Shown here: piece by piece, positions 51,872-63,613 of the stretch
How the letters are laid out: each line of letters starts with the position of its first letter
Numbering within the stretch: the stretch's first letter is position 1
Assembly (NCBI RefSeq): GCF_001194135.2
Contig: NC_068998.1
Coordinates: 33,922,695 to 33,986,694, forward strand
Direction of reading: 5' to 3'
Source: Octopus bimaculoides
Taxonomy: Eukaryota
DNA length: 64,000 bases
Notes under the pieces: generated by a model
The model's database searches: none
What the model was told of the DNA's origin: nothing
Seen by the model: only the letters and a program-made list of their open reading frames with translations
Translations under genes and position numbers: made by a program

Positions 51872-52489
51872 NNNNNNNNNNNNNNNNNNNNNNNNNNNNN
51901 NNNNNNNNNNNNNNNNNNNNNNNNNNNNNNNNNNNNNNNNNNNNNNNNNNNNNNNNNNNNNNNNNNNNNNNNNNNNNNNNNNNNNNNNNNNNNNNNNNNN
52001 NNNNNNNNNNNNNNNNNNNNNNNNNNNNNNNNNNNNNNNNNNNNNNNNNNNNNNNNNNNNNNNNNNNNNNNNNNNNNNNNNNNNNNNNNNNNNNNNNNNN
52101 NNNNNNNNNNNNNNNNNNNNNNNNNNNNNNNNNNNNNNNNNNNNNNNNNNNNNNNNNNNNNNNNNNNNNNNNNNNNNNNNNNNNNNNNNNNNNNNNNNNN
52201 NNNNNNNNNNNNNNNNNNNNNNNNNNNNNNNNNNNNNNNNNNNNNNNNNNNNNNNNNNNNNNNNNNNNNNNNNNNNNNNNNNNNNNNNNNNNNNNNNNNN
52301 NNNNNNNNNNNNNNNNNNNNNNNNNNNNNNNNNNNNNNNNNNNNNNNNNNNNNNNNNNNNNNNNNNNNNNNNNNNNNNNNNNNNNNNNNNNNNNNNNNNN
52401 NNNNNNNNNNNNNNNNNNNNNNNNNNNNNNNNNNNNNNNNNNNNNNNNNNNNATATATATATATATATAGGCAAAAGTAACACCGTATG

Positions 52490-52640
52490 CTTAAGAAGTT
52501 AATTTCACAATTTCCCCCAAAATCACGTGGTTTTGAGTTCAATCCCACTGTGCTATACTTTGGACTAGTGTCTTTTACTATGGCCTTGAGCCTACCAAAG
52601 CCTTGCGATCTGGGAAATGAAAATTGAAATAAATCCAACA
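52490..52640 (+). mobile_element. SINE family B relic
   Basis: gagttcaatcccactgtgc...gtgtcttttactatggcc...ccaaagccttg. Confidence 0.6.
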
Positions 52641-52841
52641 TATATCTATTTATAGTATGTACATGTGTATGTGTATGTGTGTACGTGTGTGCATGTGTGT
52701 GTGAACATGAGTCAGTGTGTTTGTGTAATTGATACCTTGTCTTAACATGCAAAAGTTGTAAACAGGTTTTATCATCATGCAAGCTGTGTTGTTCATTTCT
52801 AATCTTCTACAAAAATATGTCCAGCCATCAAGAAACATTAC

Positions 52842-52909
52842 CTTGAGCACTGACTGTAGAAAATATGCTTCAGGGAACTCCATTTGCAAATGGACTGAAC
52901 TAGTCTCAT
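52842..52909 (-). other. Candidate exon (68 nt)
   Basis: Acceptor attttaacatttccag|A and donor AAG|gtaatg; one open reading is ETSSVHLQMEFPEAYFLQSVLK; no homology recognised. Confidence 0.3.
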
Positions 52910-52991
52910 CTGGAAATGTTAAAATAATGATGATGATGGTGGTGATCTGTATGTGTGTATGTGTGTATTACATATAATATATGTGTATATA

Positions 52992-53867
52992 CGTGGTTTG
53001 ATCAATAAGTATCCGGACTGTTGTCATAGTAACGAAGTTAAAGCACACAGTCTGGAGTTGCTTGGCACAGATTAACTTTGAACTCTGCTGTGCATGTGCA
53101 CCATGTTTTAGCATTCTAGCTTACTTCCACTGTTTACAGTAGTGTTTGGAAGGAAGATACGTAGTATGTGATTGTTGCATTGATCATGACAGAAAGCTGA
53201 GCAAAGAATCTATATCAAATTTTGTCAAAAGCTTGGTGCTTCCTGTTCAGAGGCTTACACAAAGTCTTCAAAAAGTTTTCATCGTTCTTGACGCAATCAA
53301 GGAGATCTTGTGCAAGTGAAACCCGAGTGTGTTTTTGGTCAGCTGAAAGCAGTTTGGCCCAAACTTGGCAGATACGTGTTTCATACCCAAATCTTCCGTG
53401 ATAATTGACTGAACTGAACCATAATTAATCTGAACATCCTCTGATAACTCACGGATGGTGACACCATGATTTCCCCTCACAGCTGCACGTAATGTTTTCC
53501 TCAGTTCTGCTGGATGCGGGTCTCCCAGAACGTTCGTCAATATCAAAAATTTTTTGGCCATCTTGGAAATGTGTGAAACACTCGATTACTTGTGTGTGGC
53601 TAATATGCTCCTCTCTATACACTTTCTGCAACTTTGTGTAGGCCTCCGAGTAGGTAGGTATCACCGTGACAACTTTCTCTGTCATGGTCAATGCGACAAT
53701 CACACACTACACACTTTCCATCCAAACAGCGAAAGTGAGCTAGAATGTTGAAACTTAGTGCACATGCACAGCAGAGTCTATGGTCGAAAGTTGCCAAGCG
53801 AATTTACTTGCCATGCTTTAGCTTCGTTACTATGGCAACAGTCCTGATACATATTGATCAGACCACA
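52992..53867. mobile_element. Non-autonomous mariner made of two inward-facing 5' ends
   Basis: TA at 52990-91 and 53868-69. Both ends carry the same ~270-bp 5' sequence including the transposase start. The minus arm encodes SEAYTKLQKVY...DIDERSGRP...TIRELSEDV...GSVQSIITEDLGMKHVSAKF. Confidence 0.9.
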
Positions 53868-53883
53868 TATATGTATGTATGTG

Positions 53884-54215
53884 AAGGTGCATGGCTGAGT
53901 GGTTGGAGTGTCGAACTTACGATTGTGAGATTGTGAGATCGATTCCTGGACTGAGCTGCATGATGTGTTCTTAAGTAAGACACTTTACTTCATGTTGCTC
54001 CATTTTACTCAGCTGTAGAAATGCGTTGCGATGTCACTGGTGTTAAGCTGCATCAGCCTTTGCCTTTCCCTTGGATAGCATCAGTAGCATGGAGAGGGGA
54101 GGCTGGTATGCATGGGTGACTGCTGGTCTTCCATAAAAACAACCCTAGGTTGTGTGTTTGCTGGTGAGATGACTTTCTGCCCTGACTTGTACACTGGAGG
54201 GGAACCACTTAGGTG
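53884..54215 (+). mobile_element. tRNA-derived SINE (third type)
   Basis: gcatggctgagtggttgg...gatcgattcctgg...gtgttcttaagtaagacacttta...ctcagctgtagaaatg. Confidence 0.75.
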
Positions 54216-54475
54216 CACCCATGGTCATTTATGACCAACTGAGTCAACATATTTATATATATAAGATATATATATAAGAAAACAAAAATGGAATGAGAAC
54301 GTAACAGGTGGAAACAAAACATCTGGACAGTTAGATGATGCAAAAAAGGACAGAAAAAAACAAGGACGGGTCATTCGGAGTTTTCTATCTTCAGTTGAGT
54401 TCCAGATTTTCTCAGCGCACACACATACATATATGCATATATTATATATGATACACACATGCATATATATGTGAT

Positions 54476-54728
54476 GATATATGGCCTAGTGGTTAGAGTT
54501 TTGCACTCACGATCACAAAATTGTGGTTTCAATTCCTAGACTGGGTTGTGTGTTGTGTTCTTGAGCAAGAGACTTCATCTCATGTTGGTTTGCGATCACT
54601 TTGACTTCTGATGCATGGTATGCTGTGCACATGTACAGACAATTTCGATTTGATGGAAGGAGTGAGCTAATGTACAGCACATGCGTTATCATATCATTTG
54701 TGCAGTCTGTTTGGCAAAAGCTGAAAAC
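54476..54728 (+). mobile_element. tRNA-derived SINE
   Basis: tggcctagtggttagag...ggtttcaattcctag...gtgttcttgagcaagagactt. Confidence 0.75.
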
Positions 54729-54767
54729 TCATACACTGTTTTCAATGGGAGAGTCCATCATCATCAT

Positions 54768-54789
<22 letters not shown>

Positions 54790-54811
<22 letters not shown>

Positions 54812-55000
54812 CAAAAACACAATAACAAAAAAACAAAAAAACAACAAAGTGAGGACGTGATATGGATAGTATTATTGGACGCTCAGGAAAGGAAAGAGAG
54901 AGTGTATGACGTTTCGGGCGTAGCCCTTCGTCGGAAAGATGGAAAGTTCGGAGAATGGAAGAACGGAGAAAGAGGAAAATGGTACCGATGCCCACGAGGT
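54790..55000 (-). mobile_element. Penelope-like terminus with a minimal hammerhead-like motif (54904-54937)
   Basis: Minus strand tttCCGACGAagggc-tac-gcccGAAAcGTCata; CpG-rich and little decayed. Confidence 0.65.
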
Positions 55001-55859
55001 GTATATATATATACACACACACACACACATACACATATATATAATTACATGAAAGAAGAACAAGAATAAAGATATTGAAATGTCATTTTAATCATAAATT
55101 GTTGTGTAAGTTGATTTGTTAGGTTTTTATGAATGAAATTCAAAATCCTAAATGTGTTGTAGCAGAAAAACTATAGCGGTGAATCCCATTCCATAGACTT
55201 TCAATATGCCAGTGTTGGGTTAAACATTAACATGTATGCTGGCCTGCAGATGTGCCAAAAGCACTTATTGTGCATTACCATTTTCTGCAGGTTGCTAATC
55301 TTTGCTTTACTTTTTATTATAAAGATGGTTTTTTAAATCTGCAAATTACAGGTATTTTTGTCTGTGGCTTTGTAGATGATGATGATGTTATTATTCTTGC
55401 ATTAATTATTTTTATTTATTGTTTTTTTTTATGTATAAAGTCCAAATATTTACTCTAATGTAGCATTCACGACTTTTGATGCATTGCAAACATATCTGTA
55501 TATTGAAGATGGAGGCGTTTGGCCAGCACAGATATATTTTTGTTATCAGGGAGTCATTATTTGTGGGGTATGTATGTTATCATTTCACACAAATAATTCT
55601 TTCAGATATCCTTGTTGTGAGCAGTAGTTGTACTTTTGCTGAAGTCTGTTTGGTCTTAGGAAACAAACATTAAGACTGTTCTTTCATTTGTTGAACGTTA
55701 GTTACTGATGACAACTGGTCATGGACGTTGGTTATCAATTGCCTTCCAGCACCTTTTGAATGGCCTGACTTTCTGTCTTACCATATCCATTTATCCATCT
55801 GTCCATCCTTCAGTTTGTAGATATATATATATACATGTATTATAACTAGCTGAAGCCTA

Positions 55860-56030
55860 AATTACTTTATCTTTTACTTGTTTCAGTTATAGAACAGCAG
55901 CCATGCTGGATCACACTGTGAAGGGTTTTGGTTGAACAAATAAAATTTGGTTTAAGTGTAGCACTTATTCTATCAGTTTCTCTTCGCAAATCATGTAAAC
56001 AAACCAACACTGGTTTTCAGGCAGTAGGAG
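55860..56030 (-). mobile_element. SINE family B 3' part
   Basis: ttttacttgtttcagtt...gccatgctgg...cacttattctatcag. Confidence 0.65.
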
Positions 56031-56036
56031 GACGCG

Positions 56037-56102
<66 letters not shown>

Positions 56103-56135
56103 GTAAGAGGACGGATATAAGATCCAGGCATGTAC

Positions 56136-56306
56136 CGAATAAAACTTAATAAAATGTCAAGGCTGATTCCCTCAGGTGGTGTGCTTTTTGGTAAACATTC
56201 CTCTAGCTCCCATCTGATGTTACAGTTTATTTCTTGTGAAGTGCAATATTTATGATAAGGAGAATGAAGAATTTGAACATTCAAATGCATACAAAACGTC
56301 AAAATC
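56136..56306 (-). CDS. Candidate coding exon (171 nt, phase 2-2), product unidentified
   Basis: Acceptor tttctcttttatatatttcttcag|G, donor CG|gtacat (moderate); open frame ILTFCMHLNVQILHSPYHKYCTSQEINCNIRWELEECLPKSTPPEGISLDILLSFI; in frame with 62398-62485. Confidence 0.3.
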
Positions 56307-56772
56307 CTGAAGAAATATATAAAAGAGAAAATATTTTAAAACACCATTTATTTAAAAAATGAACAAACATTTAAATTNNNNNNNNNNNNNNNNNNNNNNN
56401 NNNNNNNNNNNNNNNNNNNNNNNNNNNNNNNNNNNNNNNNNNNNNNNNNNNNNNNNNNNNNNNNNNNNNNNNNNNNNNNNNNNNNNNNNNNNNNNNNNNN
56501 NNNNNNNNNNNNNNNNNNNNNNNNNNNNNNNNNNNNNNNNNNNNNNNNNNNNNNNNNNNNNNNNNNNNNNNNNNNNNNNNNNNNNNNNNNNNNNNNNNNN
56601 NNNNNNNNNNNNNNNNNNNNNNNNNNNNNNNNNNNNNNNNNNNNNNNNNNNNNNNNNNNNNNNNNNNNNNNNNNNNNNNNNNNNNNNNNNNNNNNNNNNN
56701 NNNNNNNNNNNNNNNNNNNNNNNNNNNNNNNNNNNNNNNNNNNNNNNNNNNNNNNNNNNNNNNNNNNNNNNN

Positions 56773-56822
<50 letters not shown>

Positions 56823-57569
56823 CTGGCTATATTTTTCCTAAGTTTACAGACAACAAAGTAGTGGAAATGAAGGCAGAATTGTGTAAAATAAAAAATGAAA
56901 TATTTGTTTTTAGATGACGTAGTTACAGCAACATTGAAACAAAGTGAGAGAGAGAGAGAGGGGGAGCGAGAGAGAGAGAGGGAGAGAAATATGAAATGGT
57001 TTGCTACACAAATACCAGAACAAACAGAAAAACCAACAAGAATGGAAGAAAATATTTTAAATATTTTTTCTTTCATATTAACACATTTGATATGGTAAAA
57101 CAGCTATTGTTTTCTAAGTTCACAATATGGACATGATTTATTATAGAAACTGGATCTCATGTGGTATTTTAAAAAGTAATTCTTATAAAAAAAGTCTTAT
57201 TTTTTAAAAAACTGAAATTATTGGGTAACATAAATATTTAATCACTGACATCAGTTAAATTCTAGTATACTTTTGCTTTTAGAAAATTATACAATATATA
57301 ATTGTTTCTCCATGTTTGCATGGTTTGGATGAATTTGTTGTTTGAGACATTGTTTTACAGCCAGATAACCTCCCTGATACTAATTCTTTTCTGATTTTTG
57401 AGTAAGGGATCATTTACTCCGTACCACTTTTAAGATATGAAGTGCCTGGATGATTTTTTGATTAAAGAAAATGACAATAACAATATACATCACACTGTCA
57501 AACTAGCAATTACAAATAAACAAACATGCATATAAATATGCACGTACATCCCAAAACATACACACACCA

Positions 57570-57722
57570 AATGTCTTCTTTCAGTTTCAATCAACCAAAT
57601 ACACTCACAAGGCTATAACTGACCTGGATCTATAGTAGAAAACACTTACTCAAGGTGCTGTACAATGGAACTGAACCCAAAACCATGTGGTTAAGAAGCA
57701 AATTTCTTAACTATGCAGCCAA
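57570..57722 (-). mobile_element. SINE family B 5' part
   Basis: tctttcagtttc...cactcacaaggc...caaggtgc...gaactgaaccc...ccatgtggtt. Confidence 0.75.
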
Positions 57723-58221
57723 GCAACACTAAAATTTTATATATTCAAAGTATTTCAACATTTGTCATGAATAATTCAAATGCAATCATGAAAAATACCT
57801 GAAATAAAAATAATTTCTTTCTATGTTATGTTTTTAATATTGCAGAAAAGAGATGGTACACCCTGTCAACGATACATTTCCCACTTGACACAAATAAAAA
57901 GTCAATTGGTTGCAGATTTACTTTTAATTATTCAGTCTTGTTATAAGTGATTATCCCTCATAAAAAAAAAAAAAAACACTGTTCACACCACTTAATATTC
58001 TGAAAAATTATTCACTTGCTATCAGCATTTATGAAAACGTCTACTAAAAGGAAAGCAAGATTTCAAATCTGTAGAGAATTCTGTAACTATTTGAATGTCT
58101 TTTATTATGTTATCACTTCCCGTTTATAGACATTTCATAAAGTCACTGAAGGAATTTAGTGAGGTTTTTTGGATACTTTTACAATTATATAACATAATTT
58201 CAAGTATAATCTATATATTTA

Positions 58222-58355
58222 TAGTTATGTGGTTAGCACTTTAACACATAACGACATGGTTCCTGATTCAATCCCACTGCACAGCACTTTGGGCTTCTAC
58301 TATACTCTTATATTAGCAAATAACTTGTGAGTGGATATTGGTAGAAAGAAACTGT
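58222..58355 (+). mobile_element. SINE family B relic
   Basis: catggttcctgattcaatcccactgcacagcac...cttgtgagtggatattggtag. Confidence 0.65.
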
Positions 58356-58770
58356 ACACACACATACATAGACCCACATATGTTAACAGCTGGGTCATAT
58401 TAGAACTTCAGTCATTGCTATAAAAATACCTTATTACTTAAGTTGAAACATATGTATATGAGGACAATGTTTTTTTTAAACCTAACATTTTCATCCAAAG
58501 CATCCTTTTAAGCATTCATAAAACACGATCAATAAACATGAATTCATATACTAAAATGCAATAAAAAATTCACACTTTATTTTGAAGATATTTCTTCTAA
58601 GATATAAAAGCTAACGGACATTGAAATAAAATATTGAAGGTATTATTACACGTTAGGTTACATAAATAATCCGTAAAACAAGGGATCAATTAAATTTAAA
58701 AAAGAAACAAGTAAATTAAATATTTTGAAATATAATAAGTTAACAAAGGAAAAATAGTAGAGATTCTCAC

Positions 58771-58791
58771 CTGAGATTTGCAGATCATTCA
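58771..58791 (-). other. Candidate 21-nt microexon
   Basis: Long polypyrimidine tract ttttctcttcttctatcattttgctatctttcattttaag|TGAATGATCTGCAAATCTCAG|gtgaga. Confidence 0.25.
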
Positions 58792-59174
58792 CTTAAAATG
58801 AAAGATAGCAAAATGATAGAAGAAGAGAAAATTATTGGCATGAATATTAAGAGTAGGAGTCCTGAGAGAGAAATAGAGGAATAAGCTCTAGAAATATTCT
58901 CAAGCTACTTGTAAAGCAACTTAGCTTTTTTGCAAATAAATACCTCATTCACTGGCTTCCAATTAAACTGTTTCTCTTTGAGCCAGAATAATTTACTACT
59001 TTCTACCTCATCAAAATGTGAGCAACTTCTACAATAGAAGACAGTAAACCAAGATGGACAACCTTTTTCAAGAAGCAGGCAGCATCAGGCATGGCATGTT
59101 GCATAATCAGCCCATTTAAAAAATACTTTTGAATCATCAGGTGACACACCATGGTTGAGGAGACTTATTGGATG

Positions 59175-59206
<32 letters not shown>

Positions 59207-60207
59207 CATATGTATTCGTGTATGTATATGTGCATATGAGCATGAATACAAAAAAAATTTTCGTCTGTTTCCTTTCTACTTTTCTTTCTCAACAGTTACA
59301 ATAGCAATGGCTCATTACGTCATTTTCTTTAAACTAGAATTTTCCTGTTCATATTTGAATTTTTTGCATTTCAACTTCTCTCTGTTTTTTTTTTACTCAT
59401 TCCCAAAGTTGACAGACATTTAGTGATATGTAAAACCTAATCTCTAGTGAGACTTCTTATTTTTTAATTTTTCTATCTATTTCTGTACCCGAGGAGACCT
59501 AGAATGGGTCAAAACATGTGTCGTTCTNNNNNNNNNNNNNNNNNNNNNNNNNNNNNNNNNNNNNNNNNNNNNNNNNNNNNNNNNNNNNNNNNNNNNNNNN
59601 NNNNNNNNNNNNNNNNNNNNNNNNNNNNNNNNNNNNNNNNNNNNNNNNNNNNNNNNNNNNNNNNNNNNNNNNNNNNNNNNNNNNNNNNNNNNNNNNNNNN
59701 NNNNNNNNNNNNNNNNNNNNNNNNNNNNNNNNNNNNNNNNNNNNNNNNNNNNNNNNNNNNNNNNNNNNNNNNNNNNNNNNNNNNNNNNNNNNNNNNNNNN
59801 NNNNNNNNNNNNNNNNNNNNNNNNNNNNNNNNNNNNNNNNNNNNNNNNNNNNNNNNNNNNNNNNNNNNNNNNNNNNNNNNNNNNNNNNNNNNNNNNNNNN
59901 NNNNNNNNNNNNNNNNNNNNNNNNNNNNNNNNNNNNNNNNNNNNNNNNNNNNNNNNNNNNNNNNNNNNNNNNNNNNNNNNNNNNNNNNNNNNNNNNNNNN
60001 NNNNNNNNNNNNNNNNNNNNNNNNNNNNNNNNNNNNNNNNNNNNNNNNNNNNNNNNNNNNNNNNNNNNNNNNNNNNNNNNNNNNNNNNNNNNNNNNNNNN
60101 NNNNNNNNNNNNNNNNNNNNNNNNNNNNNNNNNNNNNNNNNNNNNNNNNNNNNNNNNNNNNNNNNNNNNNNNNNNNNNNNNATATATATACACACGAATT
60201 ATTTTAT

Positions 60208-60358
60208 AATTATATACATAATCATAACAAGGGATCAGCTTAAAGCATCACCTCACACTGCTAAAAATAGATGTTAAAGTCTTTTTTTAGTCCCTTTTTT
60301 TACTAGCAGCATGAGGTGATGCTTTAAGCCGACCCCTGTTATAATTATGTATATAATT
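60208..60358. repeat. ~150-bp foldback (MITE-like relic)
   Basis: gcttaaagcatcacctcacactgcta (60238-60263) pairs with 60304-60329 at 24/26; pairing extends outward to ~55 bp. Confidence 0.75.
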
Positions 60359-60467
60359 TTAAAATAATTCGTAAAATTTACCTAAAAGGTTTTTATTTTC
60401 TGCACTGGCTACCTAGTAAAATCATTATTGATTTTAACCTTTATTATTATTAAAATAATTTTTGAAA

Positions 60468-60499
<32 letters not shown>

Positions 60500-62397
60500 C
60501 AGGGATGTGCCACCTTGGCAGGCAAGGTAGGTTGTACCTAACTTGAATACAATAGATTGATAGCAACAGTTTCCTCTCATGGAAAATAATGCACCTAATT
60601 CAATAAAATTATGAAGGTAAGTTTGATTACTATGCATAAAATGCAAGATGTTTTATTTTTTTGTAGATTAGATAGGCATAATTCGCCCCTGCTTTTCAAT
60701 CACAGTAATTAAACTATGCATAGTACTGCTATGGTATACATGCTGTGTACACTTCTACAACACCATTTTCTTTACGTGCTATAAATGCAAATGTAGATCT
60801 GCCTTCAACTCAATCGTGTACCTGTGTTTCACTTATTTTTTGTGTGTTTTGCTACATAAATGTCACCAACTGCCCACCCTGAGCAATTACTGATGACACG
60901 TGCCTGATGTATATATATTTCTATCAGTAGAAGCAAAATCTGTCTGAGCATGCAGTTGAGAGTGAATATTTGCTACTGATGATGCACAAATATACAGACA
61001 TCATGTGATCTAGCAATTCCACTGTCACTGCTGGCATTTCCTTCTGCTACTGATGCTTCTGTGCATTTTAGCATCATACATCTATATGAGATGCTTTCTC
61101 AAAACAAATACTGAAGTATTGTGGCTTTCTTTTAGTATATCCCTGTTAAACAAGACATGCAGGTTGTTATTCTGCTTATATGCTTCTCCTATAGAAATGC
61201 AATAAGTGATATTTAGTTTCAAAATTTTTAACATTTTCTTCTTGTAAGATAAAAGTAGAAACATGTCAGAGCACATAATTAGAAATTATAATGAGTGCTG
61301 TTGAAGAAGCATTTTGTCTATTGTTTATCATTTGAATATTGCAATTAGCAGAGTTAGTGTGGAATTAAATCTCTGATTTTAAAATAGCTGACAGGCTGAT
61401 TACTTACTCTTGGCATATGGCAGGATAAACTTGCTTTATTTTCAATATAAGTATATATTGTAAACTAAGCACAACTGAATTAAATTTACACTGAAGGATT
61501 TATATATTGATGGCACTGGTTGGTATCAATATATTTGTTTTTTAATTAAATTAGATATTTCATAGAAGACTCATTTTATCCATCTACAAACACATTTATT
61601 TCTTAATGTGTCAAAATTTCTTTCACACTACTACAACCTAATCAACCAACAAGGTTGTACAACTGCAATCTTGTTAGTACCTAGGTTGCAACCGGGCAAC
61701 AAAAATTTTCACTCATCAAGAAATAAATGTAAAGTGAATTTAACAGTTTTAATGTGTTTTTAAATAGCTGAAATTGTTCTTCCAAGATTTACTTGCTTCA
61801 GTTTTAACAAATCATTTTAGTTCAAATCACTGTTGCTTAAAATATAGATTTCCAATTAAATGCTGTTTCAGTTATTCTAATTTTGACATTCCATATTCTA
61901 TGTTATAATATAAAATAATTTGAAATGTTTCGCACCCTTCCTAAATTTTAAATTGTTTTAAAATGCTAACATTATTTACAAATTGCTAAAACATACATCT
62001 AAATAAGCTGAGGAGATGACCTTGTAAATATTTTTGTGCTTTTATATGAAACATCTAATATATATCATAAGTCTTGGGCTTGAAAAAGCAGTGAATCAAT
62101 AGAGTTGTCAGAATAAACAATACAAAGTAGTTTACCTAGTATTTGGCTAGATATTTATCTGAGTTTCTACACTTTCAGCTCAAATCTTGTCACATTTGAC
62201 TTGTGTTTTCATCTCTTCAGAGTTGATAAAAACATCAAACCAAGGCAGTAGATTGCTGAAATGTCAAATAGAATGCTACGTGGTATTTTCCTGAACATTT
62301 TGCATCTCCATGGTGACTTTTGATGGCACTGGTGCCAAGCTGTGCTAGTTATGCCTTTCCTATAGACTACATTAGCAGCAAGCGAGGAGAAACTTAC

Positions 62398-62485
62398 CAC
62401 AGTTCCCTTTTGTGGGGAGAGTGGCAACTCTCTCCCCACAATGGGAAGTTCAAGTCTTCCACAGAAGCTTTGTCCAAGTCAGCAC
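62398..62485 (-). CDS. Candidate exon (88 nt, phase 1-2), peptide ADLDKASVEDLNFPLWGESCHSPHKREL
   Basis: Strong acceptor aaattttgttttccaag|G, consensus donor GTG|gtaagt, raised GC, and only one of three frames open. Confidence 0.45.
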
Positions 62486-62589
62486 CTTGGAAAACAAAAT
62501 TTACGAGGTGCAAATATTTAAATCCTCTTTAGTAGACCACAAATGCCATTAACTCAATTTATAGAAAAATTTGTTTTCAAAGCAAACAA

Positions 62590-62790
62590 AATATTGAAAT
62601 GCTTAGTGAAATGTTTAGCAGTATTCCATCCGTCTTTGTGTTCTGAGTTCAAATGCTGTCAGGGTCAAGTTTGCCTTTCATCCTTTCGGAATCAACAAAA
62701 TAAGCACCAGTTGCACAATGGAGTTGATGTAATCGAATATACCCCTCCCACAAATTTCAGGCCTTGTAGCTATAGTAGAAAGGATTATTA
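62590..62790 (+). mobile_element. SINE family A copy
   Basis: ttctgagttcaaatgc...tttgcctttcatcctttcgg...aaatttcaggccttgtagctatagtagaaaggattatt. Confidence 0.8.
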
Positions 62791-62805
62791 TCCATCGCAC
62801 GCACG

Positions 62806-62907
<102 letters not shown>

Positions 62908-63445
62908 TTCTTTCTCTCTCTCTCTCTCTCTCTCCCTACCTTCTCACCCAAATCAACAAATTCTTTTTCTGCCAAAATGCTCTTATTTTCTTCTCCCAAT
63001 TATCCTGGTTTTTCTTCTGTCATCACATGCTATATGACAGCAGTGCTAGCATATGCCACTTTTGACAAAGAAAATCTAGCTTTTTTGGATGTGATTCTAA
63101 AATGTTGTAGCAGTTCTAGGAACTCCAAGAAAAATTATTTTACCTTAATGATAGTTTGTATAGAAAACTCTTAAAGCTCTTCATAAAGACAAACTATCAT
63201 TCAAATATATTTGTCATGTATTTCAAATTGTAACTGAAATAAAATTACAAGTTGATATTTCAGCTGGCTTACAGATTAAAGGCCTAATGGAAAATGACAA
63301 GAATATCATTTATGAAGTTTAATAATGGAAAATAAGCATTTAAACCTGTTATTCAAAACATATTTGGAAGGTGTGATAGCTCCAGATTGCAAGCAGCTGA
63401 ATGAAAAAAATGTCTGATATTTTTCATTATTTTATACGTTGCACA

Positions 63446-63600
63446 GGCGTAACTGTGTGGTAAGAAGCTTGCTTCCCAACCACATGGTTCCAGGTTCAGT
63501 CCCACAGTGCAGCACCTTGGGCAAGTGTCTTCCACTATAGCCTCGGACTGACCGAGGCTTTTTGAGTAGATTTGGTAGACAGAACCTGAAAGGAGCCTGC
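63446..63600 (+). mobile_element. SINE family B 5' part
   Basis: ggcgtaactgtgtggtaagaagcttgc...ggttcagtccca...gcaccttgggcaagtgtctt. Confidence 0.9.
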
Positions 63601-63613
63601 TGTATATATATAT

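Noticed and set aside
53884-54560. tRNA-like heads of SINEs as tRNA genes
   Set aside because: A/B-box similarity only; no complete cloverleaf, and each runs into SINE core sequence.
55290-55568. Plus-strand exon pair (VANLCFTFYYKDGFLNLQIT / FTTFDALQTYLYIEDGGVWPAQIYFCYQGVIICG) and an overlapping 42-nt minus-strand candidate at 55454-55495
   Set aside because: Conflicting interpretations on opposite strands with no homology to choose between them; needs RNA data.
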